Part shown: positions 29,446 through 32,095 of the stretch, piece by piece
Position numbering within the stretch: position 1 is the stretch's first letter
How the letters are laid out: every line of letters starts with the position of its first letter
NCBI GenBank assembly: GCA_043755055.1
Contig: JAYUTQ010000780.1
Location: forward strand, 1-32,095
Direction: 5' to 3'
Origin: Chitinophagaceae bacterium
Lineage (GTDB): Bacteria; Bacteroidota; Bacteroidia; Chitinophagales; Chitinophagaceae
DNA: 32,095 nt
The notes under the pieces: generated by a model
What the model was told of the DNA's origin: nothing
The model's database searches: none
What the model saw: the letters and a program-made list of their open reading frames with translations, nothing else
Program-made: the position numbers and the translations under genes

Positions 29446-29640
29446 TTAGAATGTTGACCTTTGCGTTTCGATATTAATTTTTTGTAGCTCTAAGATTTCA
29501 CTATAGAGGTTTATTAATCTTTTTCTCAACTCGTCATTTTCCATACACACCTTTCGCCAGTGTTGATATACCTGAGCATACATGTGGTCCCAGCCGCAGC
29601 CGCATTGATTCTTTTCTGTATTATTTTTTTTGGTACTCAT
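29446..29640 (-). CDS. First leftward early gene, hypothetical (CGCG...coiled-coil)
   Basis: 64-aa ORF adjacent to the divergent control region. Confidence 0.55.
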   Translation of the reverse strand: MSTKKNNTEKNQCGCGWDHMYAQVYQHWRKVCMENDELRKRLINLYSEILELQKINIETQRSTF

Positions 29641-29688
29641 ATTGGCAAAAAATGGTTTTCCTAATTGATAAATGGGGTTTACTCTTTA

Positions 29689-29712
29689 GCCCATACCGTG
29701 GGCGGTTTTTTT
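29689..29712 (+). terminator. Plus-oriented terminator-like hairpin in the control region
   Basis: GCCCA-TACCG-TGGGC is followed by GGTTTTTTT. Confidence 0.4.
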
Positions 29713-29760
29713 GCGTCTTGCCTTAAATTATTATCTTGGTGCGTTTATGGGCTTGAAAGA

Positions 29761-29805
29761 CCCAAAAACAAAACAGGCTCACCCGGAGAACCGGAGAGCC
29801 TGTTT
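29761..29805 (-). terminator. Minus-oriented promoter-proximal terminator between the operator region and the first early gene
   Basis: A 10-bp stem AAACAGGCTC/GAGCCTGTTT with a 15-nt loop is followed on the minus strand by TGTTTTTGGG. Confidence 0.5.
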
Positions 29806-29977
29806 AGCGAAAGACTTAACCCTTAAAACACTACGGAGGTTGTTGTTTACCAAACAGCCCATGCCTATGCATGTGCCACCACCGTATTTATTTGAAGCAA
29901 TACCCTGCCTGTTGGCCGGTGATAAAGCTGATAATGATGTTGATGTGTTCATCGGAGTATGTCTTTCGAGTGTAAAA

Positions 29978-29997
29978 GTGATACAAATATTTATCAC
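29978..29997. promoter_or_regulatory. Operator candidate O1 (GTGATA-N8-TATCAC)
   Basis: Perfect 6-bp inverted arms are separated by CAAATATT. The site ends 41 nt upstream of the CI-like gene start. Confidence 0.55.
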
Positions 29998-30008
29998 TTG
30001 CAACTTTA

Positions 30009-30028
30009 TTGATAAAAATATTTATCAA
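30009..30028. promoter_or_regulatory. Operator candidate O2 (TTGATA-N8-TATCAA)
   Basis: Same architecture as O1, with the spacer AAAATATT. The centres of O1 and O2 are 31 bp apart. Confidence 0.55.
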
Positions 30029-30038
30029 ACAATAAAAT

Positions 30039-30668
30039 ATGATAGAAAGAATACATCAATTCATTGAAAAACAGAGCATTAGTAACAGAGAGTTTTATAG
30101 AAGAACTGGGCTCTCAAATAGCTATTTGAGTATGGCCAAATCAATCGGAGGTGATAAACTGATAAAAATTCACTCCGCTTTCCCTGAAATCAATATGGAT
30201 TGGGTTGTGACTGGTAGGGGGGAAATGATTTATACAAGTGTCACCTTTAAAACAACTAATACGATGGAAGAAAAAAAAGAGTATTTACATTTCGGTACAT
30301 TTCTACGTGCCTATTGTGATTATGAAAACATGGGTATTGAAGACATTGCAAACAATTTAGCATTACCACAAAAGGACGTTTTGGAAATATTTCGTTCTTC
30401 ATTTGTGAAAATGGATTTTATTATCCACTTGGAAGAAGAGTTAGGTTTTAAAATCTATCGATCAAAACCTAATAATTATTCAACTGGAAAGGAATCAGAT
30501 ACTGACACAATTAGGGGAAAAGCTGTAACACAGTATTTTGTTGATAACAATATTTCTATCCATACCGAACATGAAGTGCTGCCACCAGGTTCATTGTTTT
30601 ATTCCTTAGACTTTTTAGAATTTTATATGAAACTGCACAAAAAAGGACTTATTAAAAAAGCTGCTTAA
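30039..30668 (+). CDS. CI-like phage repressor (N-terminal HTH)
   Basis: It has ISNREFYRRTGLSNSYLSMAKS (HTH) and INMDWVVTGRGEM, the WLLTGxGxM signature of Bacteroidota phage CI-type repressors. It is divergent from the early operon. Confidence 0.75.
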   Translation: MIERIHQFIEKQSISNREFYRRTGLSNSYLSMAKSIGGDKLIKIHSAFPEINMDWVVTGRGEMIYTSVTFKTTNTMEEKKEYLHFGTFLRAYCDYENMGIEDIANNLALPQKDVLEIFRSSFVKMDFIIHLEEELGFKIYRSKPNNYSTGKESDTDTIRGKAVTQYFVDNNISIHTEHEVLPPGSLFYSLDFLEFYMKLHKKGLIKKAA

Positions 30669-30886
30669 AATTGGTTTGGGCAAATACTGTCATACCCAAA
30701 CAAATAATCAACTGAGTGGGGGAGTAGTGTATTTAGTGTAATGTGGTGATAAGGTAGAAAACATAAGTCTGTAAACATTGACGTTTCTTCAATGAAATCC
30801 ATCTTTATACCCAAGAGTGAATAACTTTTACTAAAAAATGTAAAACTTTTATAAAAATTTCAAAAGTATAGTTGTAACTAAACCTA

Positions 30887-31303
30887 ATGCCTAATTTCAC
30901 ACTCAAATTAATAGAATCTGTTACTGGTAAACAAGCATTTTACCAACTTGTAATAGATAAGATTGGCCAGTTAGATGCATTTGAAAAACAGCTTGAAACA
31001 ATATATGAAAAGGATTTTAATCGCTTATTGGCCATAATGGATAAAGTCTCTAACAACGAACATGTTCCAGGCACCCAATATCATCTCTTAAAGAATAAAA
31101 AGAATGACCCGAACCCATCCAGTGAATTTAAAAGCGGAGATTTAAGAGCCTATGCATTTAAAACTGATACCGGAAAATTGATAGCTGTAGTTGGTTATAA
31201 GAATCAACAAAAACAAGATATCCGTAAACTAGAATCTATCAAACAACAATTTATTGCCAACAACAAAATTGCAAATCATGACAAGAAAAGAATTGCTAAG
31301 TAG
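30887..31303 (+). CDS. HigB/Gp49-like (RelE superfamily) toxin
   Basis: The C-terminal core EFKSGDLRAYAFKTDTGKLIAVVGYKNQQKQDIRKLESIKQQ fits the Gp49/HigB pattern. The toxin-first gene order is typical of HigBA. Confidence 0.6.
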   Translation: MPNFTLKLIESVTGKQAFYQLVIDKIGQLDAFEKQLETIYEKDFNRLLAIMDKVSNNEHVPGTQYHLLKNKKNDPNPSSEFKSGDLRAYAFKTDTGKLIAVVGYKNQQKQDIRKLESIKQQFIANNKIANHDKKRIAK

Positions 31304-31730
31304 CCCCGACTATTGGGTGTACCAAATTCAAAACGAATTATTTCAGCTAATAGATACTTACTTAGAAAACAATAAAATTAGCCGAACTGATTTTGGCCAA
31401 AAATTAGGGGTTACCAAAGGTTATGTTTCTCAGGTATTAAATGGCAGTTTTGACCATAAAGTTAGTAAACTAGTAAGTTTGGCCATGGGCACCGGTAAAG
31501 TGCCTTGCATCACTTTTAAAGATTTAAAACAAGTCATTGATGATGACGCTCAAGGCATTACCTACAAACAAACCCCTAAACCTACAATTTTATTAAATTA
31601 TACACCTTCTAAAACTGGCATTACAACTACCATTCATTTAACTAATAAAAGTGTTTGTGTGCATGAAAACCAAATTACAAATTTACAAGCCGATTTATTG
31701 AGCATTGAAAATGGTGAATTTGATTATTGA
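31278..31730 (+). CDS. HigA-like XRE-family HTH antitoxin with a roughly 70-aa C-terminal extension
   Basis: ISRTDFGQKLGVTKGYVSQVLNG is an XRE-type HTH. The start is taken at Met9 of the tracked ORF. It overlaps the toxin gene by 26 nt. Confidence 0.65.
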   Translation: MTRKELLSSPDYWVYQIQNELFQLIDTYLENNKISRTDFGQKLGVTKGYVSQVLNGSFDHKVSKLVSLAMGTGKVPCITFKDLKQVIDDDAQGITYKQTPKPTILLNYTPSKTGITTTIHLTNKSVCVHENQITNLQADLLSIENGEFDY

Positions 31731-31735
31731 AAATT

Positions 31736-32095
31736 ATGACTACAAAAGAAACTATAGATGTAAACATGGCCATAAGGAAAATGAGGGTGTTAAATTTTCA
31801 TCAGCACATTATTCCAGAGCCTACAAAAATGCCGAGGCCAGAAGATTTTCTGGTGGATTTACAATTTGCGTTTTCACCAGTTTTTAGTAAAGGTCTTTTT
31901 ACGATTGCGGTTTTTGTTGATATTAAATTTAGTGAAACCAACGATGTAACAATTCCTTTAGTTAATAGTACAGTAGAGATAACCTATGAGATTAAAGAAC
32001 TTTCTGAAATTGGCAAGCCTTTATCTGACGGTAGTTTTGAAATGGAAGATGAATTAATGAAAGCTTTGTTAATAGAATCAATAGCAACTGTAAGG
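31736..32095 (+). CDS. SecB-like chaperone candidate (3' end truncated by the window)
   Basis: This open frame, read by hand from ATG 31736 to the window edge (120 codons), is absent from the ORF track because no stop is reached. It begins 5 nt after the antitoxin stop. Its pattern of alternating beta strands (VDLQFAF, LFTIAVFVDIKF, STVEITYEI) followed by a helix (EDELMKALLIESIATV) resembles SecB. Confidence 0.45.
   Translation, partial: MTTKETIDVNMAIRKMRVLNFHQHIIPEPTKMPRPEDFLVDLQFAFSPVFSKGLFTIAVFVDIKFSETNDVTIPLVNSTVEITYEIKELSEIGKPLSDGSFEMEDELMKALLIESIATVR

Noticed and set aside
29711-30067. ORFs 29711-30067 (+) and 29779-30003 (-) in the divergent control region
   Set aside because: Both span the terminator hairpin and the operator palindromes, and the plus ORF overlaps the start of the CI-like gene. 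The region is better explained as regulatory DNA.

Overview
The window is essentially one integrated temperate-virus-like element. The host looks like Bacteroidota: a TAnnTTTG promoter box, A/T-rich leaders without Shine-Dalgarno sequences, and a Bacteroidota-style integrase and CI-like repressor. The element sits immediately downstream of tRNA-Ala(GGC) (172-244). From left to right the window contains: (1) the tRNA with its terminator; (2) a tyrosine integrase (+); (3) two tandem GC-rich long-hairpin MITE-like repeats (1564-2187); (4) about 27 kb of almost exclusively minus-strand genes; (5) a divergent control region with two 20-bp palindromic operator candidates (29978-30028); (6) a CI-like repressor (+); (7) a HigB/HigA-like pair followed by a window-truncated SecB-like ORF, a possible tripartite TAC system. 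In transcription order the minus-strand block holds about 11 small early genes, then a replication/partition block, a middle block, a roughly 15-kb virion/late module, and terminal cargo. The replication block has a 346-aa HTH protein with a structured leader and iteron-like repeats, and a 651-aa ParB-domain protein. The middle block has an HTH protein, a 131-aa minimal M50 site-2 protease and small ORFs. The late module has small membrane proteins, a LEA_2-like protein, a 622-aa transglutaminase-like protein, a very basic 66-aa protein, beta-rich 272-aa and 134-aa capsid candidates, an acidic coiled-coil scaffold-like protein, a GH19 lysin, a Cys-framed Ig-like repeat protein and a 1161-aa beta-helix spike. 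The terminal cargo is an RNase-H-like exonuclease fused to a ComF-type phosphoribosyltransferase, plus a RelE/ParE toxin-antitoxin pair. I found no copy of the tRNA 3' end, so the right att site probably lies beyond 32095. Five things look most unusual. (a) No terminase, portal, tail or packaging-ATPase candidate is visible anywhere in the window, although the virion module looks complete and is rich in membrane proteins. (b) The exonuclease-PRTase fusion sits next to the TA pair at the prophage end. (c) A 28-nt GC-rich palindromic element is inserted in frame in two unrelated genes and encodes VPPPGAEGA in both. (d) Several families of short intergenic repeats are confined to the late module. 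(e) There is a structured leader with a terminator, and a tRNA-like acceptor/T-arm mimic, upstream of the replication gene. All functional calls rest on motifs read by eye; no database search was possible.
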